The notes under the pieces are model-generated. The model was not told the origin of the DNA. It saw only the letters and a program-made list of their open reading frames with translations, and searched no databases. From Chloroflexota bacterium (GTDB lineage Bacteria > Chloroflexota > Dehalococcoidia > Lucifugimonadales > UBA3495), in the NCBI GenBank assembly GCA_027623675.1, contig JAQBVF010000020.1:12440-76439 (forward strand): DNA of 64,000 bases, in the 5' to 3' direction. The position numbers and the translations under genes were made by a program. Positions 63,282-64,000 of the stretch are shown piece by piece (positions within the stretch are counted from its first letter, which is position 1; each line of letters opens with the position of its first letter).

Positions 63282-64000
63282 TCAAGGCACGCGGGAATCG
63301 TGTTCTTTTTCTAATTGGATCACCGTATCAAGATAATCGACCAACGGGTCCGCCAGGTTACGGTCCGTCCATTTTTTGATCAACTCGTAGGAATTTTCTC
63401 CCATCTTGATCCGTTCCTCTTTCGGCAGGCCGGTTAACTTGGAGACGCTTTCTGCCATCGCCTGAACGTTTCCCGCCGGAAAGACATACCCATTCTCACC
63501 GTGAATCAACAGGTCTACTCCGGCTCCCACTTGGTCGGAGACGACGACGGGCAGAGAGAAACAAAGGGCTTCGTTCACGACGATTCCCCATGTCTCCTTG
63601 TATGAAGGCAGCACTAAACAATCGGCCATGGCATAGAACTTTCCAATCTCATTTCGAGACTGAAAGCCCATGAAATGGACGGACTCTATGCCGTTGTTGG
63701 CGATATAGTCTTGCATTCTCCGTTTTAAACGACCGTCTCCCACCACCAATAACGCTTTCTTGGGGTGGTCCACATCCTTGTAGGCCTGCAGCATCTCCAT
63801 GGAGCCTTTCTCTGGGCTGAGCCGCCCGCAATAGAGAATGACCACGGCGTCTTCCGGTAGACCGTACTGCCGGCGCAGTTCAGAACGTTGCTCCAAGAGC
63901 CCCGGCGACGCCTCGATCAAGTCGGAATATCCCCATGAATAGGCAAAACGGACCAGTCTTCTGGCTGGCACCTCAAAGTGGGAGTAAAATTCCCGGTTCG
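63282..64000 (-). CDS. Glycosyltransferase family 4, 5' truncated by window
   Basis: YCGRL..EKG, VLPS..ETWGIVVNEA..LPVVVS. Confidence 0.9.
   Translation of the reverse strand, partial: NREFYSHFEVPARRLVRFAYSWGYSDLIEASPGLLEQRSELRRQYGLPEDAVVILYCGRLSPEKGSMEMLQAYKDVDHPKKALLVVGDGRLKRRMQDYIANNGIESVHFMGFQSRNEIGKFYAMADCLVLPSYKETWGIVVNEALCFSLPVVVSDQVGAGVDLLIHGENGYVFPAGNVQAMAESVSKLTGLPKEERIKMGENSYELIKKWTDRNLADPLVDYLDTVIQLEKEHDSRVP

Overview
A gene-dense, GC-rich bacterial window. Its gene content (LLM monooxygenase, several SDRs, NHL-repeat protein, HpcH aldolase, gatB, secG) resembles Chloroflexota of the Dehalococcoidia/SAR202 type; this is inference only. From left to right it holds: redox and hydrolase genes; a two-gene cohesin/dockerin surface operon; a DUF3179 lipoprotein; a B12-dependent acyl-CoA mutase cluster with a CoA ligase and isovaleryl-CoA dehydrogenase; glycine/sarcosine methyltransferase; a TPP dehydrogenase E1 pair; secG, gatB and sucCD; hflC, hflK and ftsH; a nitrogen module (two amtB and glnA); pth and ligA; and part of a surface-polysaccharide cluster. 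Several things are not visible in the ORF track. (1) Two genes are split by an in-frame TGA in a UxxC motif followed by a SECIS-like hairpin, so they are probable selenoproteins; one also has a +1 frameshift. (2) A membrane-anchored cohesin sits next to a secreted six-repeat protein carrying both a cohesin and a dockerin. (3) HflK has a ~200-aa duplicated acidic insert, and FtsH has a second FtsH-extracellular-like domain inserted in its protease domain. (4) The mutase has 2-hydroxyisobutyryl-CoA-mutase signature residues but is coupled to IVD. (5) Phased GlnR-like boxes precede both amtB units, and one of those units begins with an unannotated 27-aa membrane peptide. (6) One epimerase appears to start at ATT. 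(7) There is a MITE/REPIN-like nested inverted repeat and a 14-bp tandem repeat abutting the amtB ribosome-binding site. All family calls come from motif recognition; no database search was run.
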